From: Cyanidioschyzon merolae
Lineage: Eukaryota
Length of the DNA: 64,000 nt
Direction: 5' to 3' (one strand)
Assembly: GCA_000091205.1 (NCBI GenBank)
Contig: AP006502.2
Shown one piece after another: positions 22,154 to 33,729 of this stretch. The notes under the pieces are model-generated. The model was not told the DNA's origin and did not search any database. It saw only the letters and a list, made by a program, of their open reading frames with translations. Within the stretch, counting starts at the first letter, position 1; the number at the start of each line of letters is the position of its first letter. Made by a program: the position numbers and the translations under genes.

Positions 22154-22666
22154 GGCCTAGCGTTTGTGGAGGCCTGCAACGCACCCTGGACAATCACAGG
22201 CGCTTGGAAGCACGCCGCGACTAGCAGACAACACACGCCGATGCAGCGTTCTGGTCGAAGCTGGTTGAAGCGGGGCGTGCTCTGGGCCAGTGAGTGTACT
22301 TCGCTGCTGCCGCTGCTGCTAGAGGTTCGGGTGCTCCATTCCCCACCGAAGCGCTTGTCCTGAACGCGAATTCCCATGCAAACCTCGCAGCGTGAAGCAC
22401 AGTGGCTATAATAGCTTGTGGTTGGGTGCTTTCGCGTCGAAGGGCGCGTTCCGGGCGACCGCTGAGGTCTGTCGAAAAGGACACCAGCCCGTGGATGCCT
22501 GACAAAGAAGCGCTGCATCTATGCTCTGAATAGGGTTTCTGGTGTCCCCGAACGCTATAATGGTTGTCTCGCTGTTGTTCGTGTCATAGACAAAACGGCG
22601 AATACTGTGGATGCTGGTTGTGAGGTACAGGTCGTGACGCCTGCACGAGCGCGCGACGCTTCCTTA

Positions 22667-22814
22667 CGATACCCGCTGTCTGGTTCCGAGCGCTCTGCAA
22701 CTGGCTATGGCGACTGTACCACGCTACCCACGGTTCCGTGCGATACCGGGTGTCTGATGCCAAGCGCTCTGCAACAGGCGATACGGCTGCTGCAACGGGC
22801 GCGAGACGGCAATG
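22667..22814. repeat. 74-bp tandem duplication (2 copies) in gene-poor region
   Basis: The unit cgatacc(c/g)g(c/g)tgtctg(g/a)t(t/g)cc(g/a)agcgctctgcaac(t/a)ggc(t/g)at… occurs twice, head to tail. Confidence 0.55.
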
Positions 22815-24130
22815 TCAGATGAGAAAGGAACGCTGAACTGCTCGAATAGTTCCTTCATTGCGATTGGTAACGCAGCTCCTATTAGGTTTACAGCCACGAG
22901 ATTCGAGGAATAGCTGTAAGGACATACGGATTCGTACTTAGGTTAAGGATTCTCGTTGGTTTCTCCGAGGTCGCTCATTCCAATCTATCCGTTGGAATTC
23001 GTTTCGTCACCGGAATCAAGGTGATTCGCGATGCCCACGAACAAGACTCCCTACAATAATGTGTTTTTTACTAAATTTGTACGTTGAAGCCTCCGCTCCT
23101 CTCAGCTCCTTTCGGATAGAACGCTCAGATGACGCATTTTTCAAGTGTTTGATCGTTCTGTTCAGCGGCAACTCGTAGGCACAGCCATGCGCACCACCGG
23201 AATGATGATGAAAGAAATCGATGTCGTTTCTTCTCGACTTGTTCACGAGTTCATGTTGAAAGTTCACTGAAAACGTCATCTCAAATCATCCATTCCGCTC
23301 AGAAGAGAAATCCTCCTCTGTGTCAATCGCCGAAACTACTTGCGACAGCTCAATGATAACTCGCACAAGATACGCCGAAAGCGGATTCCGCCTCCTCTCT
23401 TTGCACGGGAAAGCATTCCGGAGACGTACATTAGTCATCGCAGCGATTGCTTCTGGAGTAGTGAGCGTGATCACCTTGTATGAAGGGCGCGTAAACGGAT
23501 CGACCGTTCTCGACTCGACCTCTAGCCGGCATTTTTCTTACCATTCTTGTTCTATCGTGGATAACATTTCGTTCCACAAATCCTCTATCGAATTGGACGG
23601 CGTGCGCTTGCTCGTGCATCGGTCAGAACACTCGATGCAGAGAGCCCTGGAGAAGCCCGAGATCGTCACAGATCGACAATGAGTGCGAAAAATAAACAAA
23701 ACACACTGAGAGAAGCTCTGTACACCCCGCCGGCGCTTCTATCAAGCGATGGGGCAAGCGTTGACGGGCTCTCACGTGGCCCTCCACAGATGACGTCTAT
23801 TGGGCAAATAGGAACACCTGCGCAAAATCAAGGAGCGTGGGTGCGAAACGCGCATCGAGACTTGATATAAAAGTAAAAAACGTTGCAAGCGAAGCCCAGA
23901 TTGCAGCTTTTGGCAGTGCATCGAATGCGTCGACACCAGCCGAAAGCAGCAAAATCGGGCCCTGAACGCGACTTTCAAAATCCTTCAACTGCGAACATCG
24001 GGAATAGAGTGAAACTAGAGACCAGCGTATACACAGACGGATATGAGAGAGCGGAAACGGAAGTAGTTGAGGAAAAACGCTCCGGAAAGCCACTCTTCAT
24101 GACCTTGGAAACAGACCCAACATTTTGAGT

Positions 24131-24660
24131 CTACATCCGAGGTCGGTGCGCGGATCGACCCATGCCTCGCTCCGCTTCCATTTCATTCATCGATTCTGCG
24201 ATTACGACGATAGCGTGTATGTCGATAAACCGACCTGCAGACGCTTCGCAACCTGTTTTGACCGGTTGCATGGTATCGATTTCAGCTTCTCCTCGTAGAC
24301 TTCGACCCGGAGAGGCTGCCCCATGAAGTTTGCTCGCGCCATCTCCGCAGGTGTCGTCCTCTGCTCCGTAAAACGTCTGATATTTATTGCAGCATTGACG
24401 TCTCGATTCACGAACTCCATGCGTTTTTTTGCATCTGGTCGAACTCACCTATGCAAGGATAGCGGAAACTCGCGCCACCTGTCTCGTCTTCGTCCTGATG
24501 ACGACGTACTTTTCTCACCTATGTTTGCTCTTCTTCTTAGATCCATGGTCGGCGAGAAGAGGATTATTTCCGTTACTTCTTCCAGCCGACGACACCGAGC
24601 CTCCAGACTCCTCTACCTAGATGTCCATCACTTTCCTGTTTTAATTCCAAAACGAACCCA
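24131..24660 (-). mobile_element. 5'-truncated fragment A of a Fanzor/TnpB-like (RuvC-fold, OMEGA-family) transposon-encoded nuclease gene. It keeps RuvC-III and the C-terminal tail.
   Basis: The minus-strand ORF 24202..24420 encodes KKRMEFVNRDVNAAINIRRFTEQ…NFMGQPLRVEVYEEKL. The nucleotide block tgatatttattgcagcattgacgtctcgattcacgaa (24377-24413) aligns with the copies at 34781-34817 and 60888-60924. Upstream homology runs to about 24650, then is lost. Confidence 0.6.
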
Positions 24661-26394
24661 CGTGGAGCGCTTCTGTTATAAACCGCTAAAAAGCACTTGA
24701 ATACGCTCACATGTGGGTTGAAACACAAACGAACGTAAAATCTATCATTTGCTCTGACTTCAACGCAAAAACATCGTGTACGTTCGAGCAGTACGCTAAT
24801 GAACAGGATCGTGTTTCCCCGCGACGGCGAGATGCACGTCCTCTCTCATGCCTGCCAGATATGGAGGTGCGCGTATCGAGTGCGCTATATAGAAAAAAGA
24901 ACAGAAACGAACCAGTAATTAGCACGAAATATCGATTTCTTTCCTCCTCAGAGCCAAGCGTTAAACGGGGAAAATTGTCCATGTTGCCAAGAGTTTATCT
25001 TATAGGCGGCAAGTCCCGCGACCTGGACGCTTCTGTCGGGCCGGTGATTCATGCTCCCACCAGTGGCGGGTGCAGTGGCGAGATCTGCGCAGCTCGTCCG
25101 CAACGCCGTTTATTCGGGGATTAGGGGCAGATCGGCAGCGTCTGCGCATCGCCCTGGTCGCTGTGGACTCCTAGTATGTCGTTTCGGGTTACTGCAGACA
25201 GTAGGTCTGTCTGCGAAGCTGACAGGCTCCCAGCATGAGGATGGACGCCAACTCCACGTCAGGTGAAGCATTCCGCGATCCGACACCCTCAGTGGTGAGG
25301 CGAAGCCGTTCCATCCCCGTGTGATGCATCCGCATCAGCGGTTGAGACGTTGCGGCGGGTGCCTCACACAGGTACTCGGCGCACGATAGAACGTACCATA
25401 CGACCAGTGCATCCGAAAGGAAGCATCCATGATGGAACATGGAGCTAGAGTGAAGAGCATTGAGCGTTATCATTTATTTCCATGCATATCCCGCGACCTG
25501 GGATCTCCATCGTCGACGCATGCGTTTTTCCAACGGAACATCGATTCGCAGCATCTATGTGGACTTTGCTATCCATAAATCAACAACTATGGGCAGCATC
25601 GAGAGCCGCCCCCGTGGACGCGCAGCGGTGCGTCAGCGTCGTCGTCACCGAAATCAGCGGAGGATCCAGCGCGGCTCCGCCCAGATACATCCCCCGAAAC
25701 CTGCCAGGGACGCGTCGATCCTGAGCACCAGTGCCTCTTCAGGGCGCGTTGCTATCTGGTAGACGTCGGTGCCAGTTCGCACGAGCCTTCTGGAAGCACG
25801 CTTATCCGTACACCGAATATACGGGAAGCCGGTGGCGGATGTATACGCGCTTCTTCCTGTGTGGCAACAGGCTTCACTGACACACGGGCGCTGTGTGGAA
25901 CGAGGATCAACAGCGGCGGCGGCAGGGTGTGTGACTAGCGCACCGCTGCCAGCAGCAGCTTTTCCTGCAGCCGCTCGGCAGTGGGGTCCTAATTGGGGTA
26001 TCGCTAAGCAGCGCTTTCCAGGAATCTCTGAATCGACGATCATATTTCTGTCGCTCCCGAACGTTCGCGAAGCAACCCGAGCACGTAGCGGCCGCAACGA
26101 GCGCAGAAGCGCAAGCGGCAGCTTTTTGACAGATTTCGGGACCTCTGCGTCGGTTGTGCGCCGTACATAGGTCGTCATTAAGTATTACGTGTGACAGAAA
26201 AGTCAACTTTAGAGGTGAAAAACCTCCAAACGACACAGACACACACAGACAGACGTCGAAGCACTGTTAAGACTGGTGTCTTCACTTGGCGGACTGGGCT
26301 CCCGAGTGAAACATCGGGTAACAGCCAATTTTTCACGGACACAAGTGCACGACACTCTTAACCGCTGCGACTTGGACCAGTGTTGCGACCGTAA

Positions 26395-29124
26395 ATGGTG
26401 CCAAACCAGGCACCAGCGTTACACTGGCCACCGCGAACCATCGACGCGTCCGCACCGTCTTCTTTCGTGTTCGAGACGAACCCTGCGGGAGTCAGCTCCG
26501 TGAGCGACCTTTTCACCAGCGATCATGATGTCCCGTTCCCCGATGGATCGGGATTTCTCTTCCCCAAGACGCTGCATTCGGCGAGTACCGAGAAAATACT
26601 CGAGCCGCTGACACAGCTACACCCGACAGGGCAGAGAATGCCGAACGAAGTACCTCTTCGATCTGCATCCGCTGACGGCGGTGTTTTCCCGGGCAATGAG
26701 CTGTTTATAGCGGCAACAGATGGTAGGGAGCTTCCGTCGGTGCCTGGTCGTCGACGCCTCGAATCTGAAGTGGACGAGCTTGCGCAGTTGATCAAGCTCA
26801 GCAACGAGGAGCATCGATCGGTGCAGCAGCTGCTCCAAGCGGAGCCGTTTATGGGCAGCACATGCGCTCTCGCCGAGGCAGATGATACCACCGCCGATGA
26901 CCATGCAGGTTTTCTGATCAAGAATCACGGGTCGGACTCGACGTCTGACTTGTCGGCGCTGCTGCTGACACCCGCTCGCGGGACAAGAGCGCCCACCATG
27001 GCTAGCCCTGGCACGCCGAGTCCACAATCGCCGCGCAAGTCGCATGCGCTGGCATCGCCAGCAGCCAAGGAGCAGGTCACCGCGTCGCCGCAGGCATTTG
27101 CACCGAGTCAGGGGTATCTAGGGACGTCCGCTGCGGCCCGTGTGAGAAGCAACCAGCGTCCCGATGCCAGTCGCACATCTGCAGCACGCAGCGTCGAGGG
27201 CCAGCACCGCGTCGAGCCCCAGAACGAGTCCACTGCGAAAGCACGCCCACGCAAGTCACAGACAGAGACGCGTTTTGTTCACCCAGAGGTGCATCTACCA
27301 AATTCGGGCTTAACGACGCCACCGGAATCTCCCGGAGCGAGCCCGAGTCAAGTACCGGGCGTTCGTGCAGCGTCCGGCAAGAACGCGCTGACATTGCCAG
27401 CGGAGAGCGTGCCCTCGAAGCGTTCCGAGTCGCCGAGTAGCGAGCAGAAATCACCTTCACCAAAGTCGGATGGAGCTGGTACCAACGGTGCAGCGGCTTC
27501 CGTTGATGAATATACGCTACGCAAACGGGAAACACACAACTTGCATACTCGCGTCTCGCGGAAGAAAGTCTCGCAATGCTTCGAGCGACTCGTGACCGTG
27601 CTCACTGCCGATTGTGCAGTTGAGGAATCCGAGTTCATTATTTGCAATGAACTGGACGGAGCCTGCATCCCGGAACAAAGCATGATCTGCGCCTGCTGTG
27701 GACTTGACGGCTGCATGCGTCAGGATTGCAGGCAGTGCAAAGCGCCCACAAATACGTCCACAACTAACACCAATAACCAGCACGCAGCGCCTGCCTCGGG
27801 AGTAGACACACCGCCCAGTGTCGCTGCCGGTGACGTGTCGGCGGATAACGCGGACCCGAAAGCGCTCCTCACTGCGCCCGGTACCTGTTGTGGCTGGCGT
27901 GACCGTTTCATGCCACGTCGGGAGCGAGCCAGGGCGCTTCGAGCGCGTCTCCGTCATCGCGCAGAGACGCTCCAGTACGCAACACAGACCATTGTGCTGC
28001 TGCGTCGACAGCGTCGCTCCCTGGAACTTCTCCTGCTCCACGAATCGGAGTCGTTTCGGCGGCTCTGGGTGCAGCATCTGGTGGAACAAGTCCAGGGTGG
28101 TCAGCAGAAACCTCAGGATGAGCAAGTCGTCATTACAGAATGCTGCAAGTCAGTGGTACGCGCGGTGCTCGAGCAGTTTCACTGGCCATTTGGGGAGCTT
28201 TGGATGCTTGGTCTTCCGCCGCCGTCGACCGACACCGACAACGACAACGAGAAGGAGGCCTGCGCGGAACAACCCTGCGTTCGTGAGGGTACCGCGTCAG
28301 CGTCGCAGCGTCGGCAATGCTCCTGGGATACACTCCAGCATCAAGCGACGCTGATCGTGCCGCCACCTGCCGAAGAAACCGGGTATCTGGATCCATACTG
28401 GATGCTAGCGCTCCGTCCAGACAAAGCGCAAGCGACAGATCCACCTCTGCCCGATCTACTTGAGCGTCCCAGTGCCGTTTCCGAGGCGCGACTCGGTACC
28501 GAGCGTGATCCAGCCGCTCCTCCCGTTCGTGGAGATTGCCCAGCCGACTCACCAAGCACACTCCTGTCCTCTAGCGGGGTATCGAGTTGCAATGCCGCAG
28601 ACGATCCACAACCGATGGCAACGAGTAGCAGCCGCTGCGCTGGCGGCTGCTCGGAATCGCTGACGAAACGCGAGCCCAATCCTGAACTGGACCAGAGCGC
28701 AGCACTGCTCACTGATCTGGAGTGCTTTGCTACTGAGAGCAAGCAGGTCCTTGCCCATCCATCGACGACGGATATCCAGAACCTGGTGCTTCGAGATCAG
28801 CGAGCTATTGGTGCCCGTCTCCGGGCCGGTGCGTTTGTGGAGTTCGACCCCCGGAGCGGCTCGGAGCGCACGTCCATCGCTTTCGAGAGAGCGCCGCTCG
28901 CACGGAGACACAACTTGCGTTGTCTGGTGGCGATACCGCTGCTGACCCCGGTTCACAGCGCACCGGACAAGCGTCCGCGTCTTTCCAGCGCCTCCGAGTC
29001 ATCGACCAGTATCCGGGGCGTCGCGGTACTGGGTCACGTCGAAGCGGATGCCGCTGTGCAGCCACTGCTCCAGACACTGGAGAGCCTCTGGCAACATCTC
29101 ATGGCGACGTTGGCTCGTGACTAA
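26395..29124 (+). CDS. hypothetical low-complexity Ser/Pro/Ala-rich protein with a central Cys cluster and coiled-coil segment
   Basis: 909-aa ORF whose ATG was verified, the only long frame in a 2.7-kb stretch. No recognised domain; the Cys cluster is MICACCGLDGCMRQDCRQC. Overlapping antisense ORFs are treated as GC artefacts. Confidence 0.4.
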   Translation: MVPNQAPALHWPPRTIDASAPSSFVFETNPAGVSSVSDLFTSDHDVPFPDGSGFLFPKTLHSASTEKILEPLTQLHPTGQRMPNEVPLRSASADGGVFPGNELFIAATDGRELPSVPGRRRLESEVDELAQLIKLSNEEHRSVQQLLQAEPFMGSTCALAEADDTTADDHAGFLIKNHGSDSTSDLSALLLTPARGTRAPTMASPGTPSPQSPRKSHALASPAAKEQVTASPQAFAPSQGYLGTSAAARVRSNQRPDASRTSAARSVEGQHRVEPQNESTAKARPRKSQTETRFVHPEVHLPNSGLTTPPESPGASPSQVPGVRAASGKNALTLPAESVPSKRSESPSSEQKSPSPKSDGAGTNGAAASVDEYTLRKRETHNLHTRVSRKKVSQCFERLVTVLTADCAVEESEFIICNELDGACIPEQSMICACCGLDGCMRQDCRQCKAPTNTSTTNTNNQHAAPASGVDTPPSVAAGDVSADNADPKALLTAPGTCCGWRDRFMPRRERARALRARLRHRAETLQYATQTIVLLRRQRRSLELLLLHESESFRRLWVQHLVEQVQGGQQKPQDEQVVITECCKSVVRAVLEQFHWPFGELWMLGLPPPSTDTDNDNEKEACAEQPCVREGTASASQRRQCSWDTLQHQATLIVPPPAEETGYLDPYWMLALRPDKAQATDPPLPDLLERPSAVSEARLGTERDPAAPPVRGDCPADSPSTLLSSSGVSSCNAADDPQPMATSSSRCAGGCSESLTKREPNPELDQSAALLTDLECFATESKQVLAHPSTTDIQNLVLRDQRAIGARLRAGAFVEFDPRSGSERTSIAFERAPLARRHNLRCLVAIPLLTPVHSAPDKRPRLSSASESSTSIRGVAVLGHVEADAAVQPLLQTLESLWQHLMATLARD

Positions 29125-29512
29125 AGCGAGCGTCCATTTATGAAAAACTCGTCACAAGCATGACGAGTAGCGCGGATCGCGAACATAACAGGAAAAGCGG
29201 TTCACATTGTGGTCGAGACTGCGTCCAGGTTGATCCACAACAGACCTCGGCTCTCTCGCTTGCTTCTGGTGCGGTTCCGAGTGCTCCGAACGGCGACTCG
29301 CTGGGCAGCTGTGGTAATCGAGTGAACGAGCGAGCGTATCCACCGCCGTTGCACCAGAGCGTTGCCATTCGCACCCGGTGTACCTTGGTGTCGAAATACG
29401 GTTGCTTTCTGGAGGCGTCCAAACGTGCACCGCAAGCGCAAACCGCCGTGCCAGCGCTCCATGTCACCACACCCAGTCGAGGTTTTATGGATGTTCAGTG
29501 CTGCCCACGGAT

Positions 29513-31546
29513 TCAGGACGCTGCGCTGCTTCTTCGGCGTACCAGGCGGCGGGTACGTCCCGGTTCAAGTCGAATCAGCACCGGTTCATCGGCTTCGACG
29601 CTATCCAGACGTGGCGACGAGGCCGTGAAGTCTGCTGGCTTGGGTGCTGGTTCGGCAACATGCTCTGACGAGGAGCCTGCGCCAGTTCGACGGCCTTGTC
29701 GCTGGCGTTTCGAAGCAGTCTCCGGTGAAGATTCCTCTACAGTTCGCGATGTCGACGCCTTGGTCGTTGTGTTGCTCTCGGGCAATACGCGGAGCTTACA
29801 AACAAAGAAACCATCCATGTTATGCACATGTGGATAATAGCGCCGTGCCTCCGCGAGGCTCGGGTGAAAGCGTTTCTCCCGAAAGCGGATGAAACCTGGT
29901 AAGCCGAACGGGATACCTGTTGAGACCACTTTCACCCGGGAACCCAGTTTGCGCAAAACATAATCGACTACTTCCTCATTTTCGTCGACAAGGATGCTGC
30001 ACGTCGAATAGACAACAACGGCTCCCGTCTCACTGCGTGGGTTGCACGCATCGACCGCTGCAAGCAGAAGTTGTTTCTGGAGGTAAACGCAACGTCGAAT
30101 GCTCGCTTCATCCCGTGTGTGTTTGATGGATGCATCATGTGCGATGACCCCAGTACCGGTACACGGTGCGTCCAGCAGCACTCGATCGAAAAAGTGACGG
30201 AATCCGCCGTGCTCAGACGGGCTCCCATTCGCCGACTTTGAGAGCGTCCTTCCGTCCAGGCTCATCACGACTGCATTCGGTACACCGAGACGTTGGAGGT
30301 TCGCAACGAGCGCTTTGCAGCGTTCCCGATTCACGTCGTTGGCAAAAAGCAACCCCGTACCTTTCATAAGCTGCGCGATATAGGTGGCCTTGCCGCCCGG
30401 TGCTGCCGCCATATCCAGAATCCGTTCGTGCTCGCGCGGTGCGAGTGCCATAACGGGTAGGAAACTCGCAGCCGCTTGAATCATGTAGTAGCCGGCCAAA
30501 TATTCCGGTGTTGCGCCTACCGGTACTTCGCTCTGGTAAACAGTGAGCCCGACAGGCGACCAGGAGCCGACGGGATCTACATTCATGCCGCGAGCAATGA
30601 GCGCCATTGCGAGCCGCTGTCGCCGCACTTTCAGCGTGTTGGTGCGAATGACCAGGGGTCGGGGCGACTCGTTCGCCTCTATAAATGCAAGCAGCTCCGT
30701 AGGCGGGAAGAGTTCCGCAAAACGCTGTGCTAGAGAAGGCAGGTAATCGTACGCTGCGCAGATCATTTCCAATAGCTCGGTAACCAGCTCTGATCTACTT
30801 CGTGCGCCTTTCCGCTGGGGTGCGGGTTCGCTCAGCTCTTGAACGCGATTCTGAATCGCTTGTTTCAGTTCCTCGAGGTGTCCTGGACGCATTGCTGCTG
30901 GTGCTGCACCTGACGTCCACGCAGCAGCATCGTTCGCATCGAGATCGTGCTCAGGTTCCTGTGGAGAGGCCTTCGATGCGGCATCTGTGGCAGCGTCAGC
31001 GACCGCAAGCGGCTGCGTGGCCGCATACTGCCGCATGTGCCTCGCCAGGTACTCGTCTTCGTCTTCAGAAGTACTGACTCCATCATCTGTAGCATCACTG
31101 AGGTGCGTTACTGGAAACGCGTACCGCTCGACGTCCTCGGAGTCGGTCGACGCGTGGAACGGCTCCGGCGCCACCGTCGACGCGTCGAATGACCCTTCTT
31201 GGTTGAACGCGAGCCTATCATCGTTTTGAGGCTTCCGTTGAAAGATCGACATATCCTCTGAGTCTGAATCGGTTTGATTCGGGTGCGCTGTTTCCGACGC
31301 AGCTGCTTTTCGCTTCGCGGTATGAGCAGGCAGCTGCTCGCGAGAGGCGTCGCGCAGTTTTTCGTCTGGTTTGCTTCGAGATGGAGCGCGCAGCTTCCGA
31401 TCTGCACCGCTTGGTACTTGAGAAACTTGCTTGATCTCATGACGCTTCTGTTTCTGCCCCAGACGGAGTGCAGACGCTGACTGAACGCCCGAAGCGCCGC
31501 GTCGCCCCGCGGTGCGCTTCACTCCCGTAGAGAGGCGCCGAACCAT
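29513..31546 (-). CDS. NOP2: NOP2/Sun-family 25S/28S rRNA (cytosine-C5)-methyltransferase (nucleolar protein NOP2)
   Basis: The SAM-binding motif DMAAAPGGKATY is present, as are motif IV with catalytic Cys (LLDAPCTGTGV) and motif VI (VYSTCS). The gene has an acidic/Lys-rich N-terminal nucleolar region. The ATG at 31546 was verified. Confidence 0.9.
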   Translation of the reverse strand: MVRRLSTGVKRTAGRRGASGVQSASALRLGQKQKRHEIKQVSQVPSGADRKLRAPSRSKPDEKLRDASREQLPAHTAKRKAAASETAHPNQTDSDSEDMSIFQRKPQNDDRLAFNQEGSFDASTVAPEPFHASTDSEDVERYAFPVTHLSDATDDGVSTSEDEDEYLARHMRQYAATQPLAVADAATDAASKASPQEPEHDLDANDAAAWTSGAAPAAMRPGHLEELKQAIQNRVQELSEPAPQRKGARSRSELVTELLEMICAAYDYLPSLAQRFAELFPPTELLAFIEANESPRPLVIRTNTLKVRRQRLAMALIARGMNVDPVGSWSPVGLTVYQSEVPVGATPEYLAGYYMIQAAASFLPVMALAPREHERILDMAAAPGGKATYIAQLMKGTGLLFANDVNRERCKALVANLQRLGVPNAVVMSLDGRTLSKSANGSPSEHGGFRHFFDRVLLDAPCTGTGVIAHDASIKHTRDEASIRRCVYLQKQLLLAAVDACNPRSETGAVVVYSTCSILVDENEEVVDYVLRKLGSRVKVVSTGIPFGLPGFIRFREKRFHPSLAEARRYYPHVHNMDGFFVCKLRVLPESNTTTKASTSRTVEESSPETASKRQRQGRRTGAGSSSEHVAEPAPKPADFTASSPRLDSVEADEPVLIRLEPGRTRRLVRRRSSAAS

Positions 31547-32199
31547 GCCGTGTGCGAGTTGAACAAAGCGGAGACCAGTTGAAACCTGGAAACCCTTTCG
31601 GAAACTCTAGTGAGAAGCGTGCGTGCTCGCCAGCGCACGCCGATCGGTTCCTGGTTAGAAGCGCGTCGCTCAAGCGGTTATAATGGAGCGGCGAAGGAGC
31701 CGCAGGTCTGAGCGCCACCCCTGGGTCCCGTTTCGAGTGAAAAGCGTGCAGTGCTCTGCGCTACCTTGACAGCAAACGAGTAGCTTTTCAACGGAGGGCA
31801 ACGAATCGTTTTCGGTGCTTCAGAGCTCCCTCGAAAGACTATCACGAACCGGCACCAGTGCAGTGCGGTACACGGCGGATACAGTTCCATAGAGCGACAC
31901 CGTAGCGGACGCCGGCGGTGCCCCCCGGCCGTCGTGGCATGTTTCAACGAGGTCCGAGTAGAAACGACCTCTTTTTTGACTAGTGCTGCACGTTTCCCGG
32001 AAGTTTCGGGGGGAAAAGTCAAAGTCAGTGTTCTGATTACTGAGGATCGCTTCGGATAGACGTCGTCAGAAAAGCTAAGCTGTACCTTTTGGGTATCTGT
32101 AACGTTCTCACCTTCCGAAGTGTCCAGTACGACGTTGCAGTCCTAGACTTGAAAGAAACCGCTTTCGATCTCGGCTTGCTCTGCAACGATCGCCGGCGG

Positions 32200-33729
32200 A
32201 TGATTACCACTCTGTTTTGGGTACCCCGCGGGACAGCAGCAGCTGCTGCTTCTGTGCCTCTGGAGACTGCAAGTGAACCTGACGACGCCGCATCGCACTC
32301 GTCTGAGGACTGCTCAGACGGAGAGCGCACCAGCGATGCTGCGGAAGTGGGCCTTGAGCAGGTGCTCACGCTTCCAGACGACTTTTGGGAGACTAGTGAT
32401 CCAAACTTGCACAAGCACAAGCTCGACTGGGAGCAACAGGACATTGAAGATGAACGCTTTCAGCAAGAAGACTGGGTTCTGTTTGCGGGGCGTCTCTACG
32501 AGGACGACAGTTGCGGCTTTGAGGTATGCGTCGTGGAGCGCCCTGATGTCGAGTGCTGCGCGAAGCCGCTCTCATGGGAGGCGATCGATACCAATATTTA
32601 CGTCCATCATGATGGCATTCTCGCAGCACCACCGCTGAGCAGCGCATACACGGACTATGATGGACGTTGCCTTGCGGCAGTTGGCACATTTGCACCCACT
32701 GTAGAGCTCTGGGATCTCGTTCAAATGAATGCAGTAGAGCCGTTGATGATTCTGGACACCGTGGCTGCCGCTCAAACGAGCCCCTCTCTTGGACACAATG
32801 CCGCAGTAAAGCAGCGAACGCGAAACGCACAGCATCGCTTGACCCGGGATCTCCAACGAAAACGAAAGCGGCCCAGTGGAGATCGTAGCCAAGGCGGCAG
32901 CACCGCCGCTTCTGCATCTGGAGTGCTTTGTCTGGGCTTTCATCCCCGAGAGAGATGGATGCTCGCTGCCGGCTCTGCGACTGGTCATATCCATTTCTGG
33001 GACATTCGCGACGGAGCCTGTGTGGTGACGCTCCCCGACCTGCATCGCGACAAGCCACAGGCGCTGGCGTGGCACCCGCTACAGCACAGTCTTCTACTCA
33101 CCGCCGGTTTCGATCGACGAGCTTGTCTGGTGGATTTACGAGCGCATTCACTGCATTCAGCGGCTTCGGGAGAGATCCAGCTGACTCGAGACCCCGAGCA
33201 GGTACTCTGGCGCTCCGAAAACCAATGCCTGCTCAGTGACGAGGGCGGCTCCATTAGCGCCTTCGACATTCGCCGGATCGGGAAGACGGAAACCGCACTG
33301 CTCTGGAGCTTTCAAGCTTGTCGAGATCGGCCAGCATTGATGACACTTGCACCAACGGTTCCGGATATGTTGGTGGTCGGCTCCACGGATGGCCATTTGC
33401 GGGTCTATGATCTCTCGATGCTGGAGCATTGCGGTGGTGTCTCGGCTACAGAGGCCTCCAAGGCACCGCAGTGGACGCCACTCGCTCAGGTGAACGCACA
33501 TGCAGGCGCTCTGTTCGCGGTGGAGTCTTGTCCAGATGAGGTTTTCGGCTTCGGGGTGGCGTGCGGGGGCTCCAAGGGCATCTTGACAGTTGTCGATGTC
33601 GCTGAGAGCGCTCCGCAAGTTCTCCAGCACTTTCGTGGGCGCGCCTCAAGATCCGCTGCTGAAGTAGGTGCTCGTCTAGCTTGCATCGATTCGCTGGAAG
33701 AATCCGGTTCACTTGACGTCGACAAGTGA
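32200..33729 (+). CDS. PWP1: periodic tryptophan protein 1 (PWP1) homologue, WD40 repeat protein
   Basis: Blocks match PWP1: IYVHHDGILAAPPLSSAY…VELWDLVQMNAVEPLM and the WD repeats (…GHIHFWDIRDG…, …GHLRVYDLS…). The N-terminus MITTLFWVPRG resembles PWP1 M..VTCVAWVRCG. The ORF-track start at 32089 is TTG. Confidence 0.7.
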   Translation: MITTLFWVPRGTAAAAASVPLETASEPDDAASHSSEDCSDGERTSDAAEVGLEQVLTLPDDFWETSDPNLHKHKLDWEQQDIEDERFQQEDWVLFAGRLYEDDSCGFEVCVVERPDVECCAKPLSWEAIDTNIYVHHDGILAAPPLSSAYTDYDGRCLAAVGTFAPTVELWDLVQMNAVEPLMILDTVAAAQTSPSLGHNAAVKQRTRNAQHRLTRDLQRKRKRPSGDRSQGGSTAASASGVLCLGFHPRERWMLAAGSATGHIHFWDIRDGACVVTLPDLHRDKPQALAWHPLQHSLLLTAGFDRRACLVDLRAHSLHSAASGEIQLTRDPEQVLWRSENQCLLSDEGGSISAFDIRRIGKTETALLWSFQACRDRPALMTLAPTVPDMLVVGSTDGHLRVYDLSMLEHCGGVSATEASKAPQWTPLAQVNAHAGALFAVESCPDEVFGFGVACGGSKGILTVVDVAESAPQVLQHFRGRASRSAAEVGARLACIDSLEESGSLDVDK

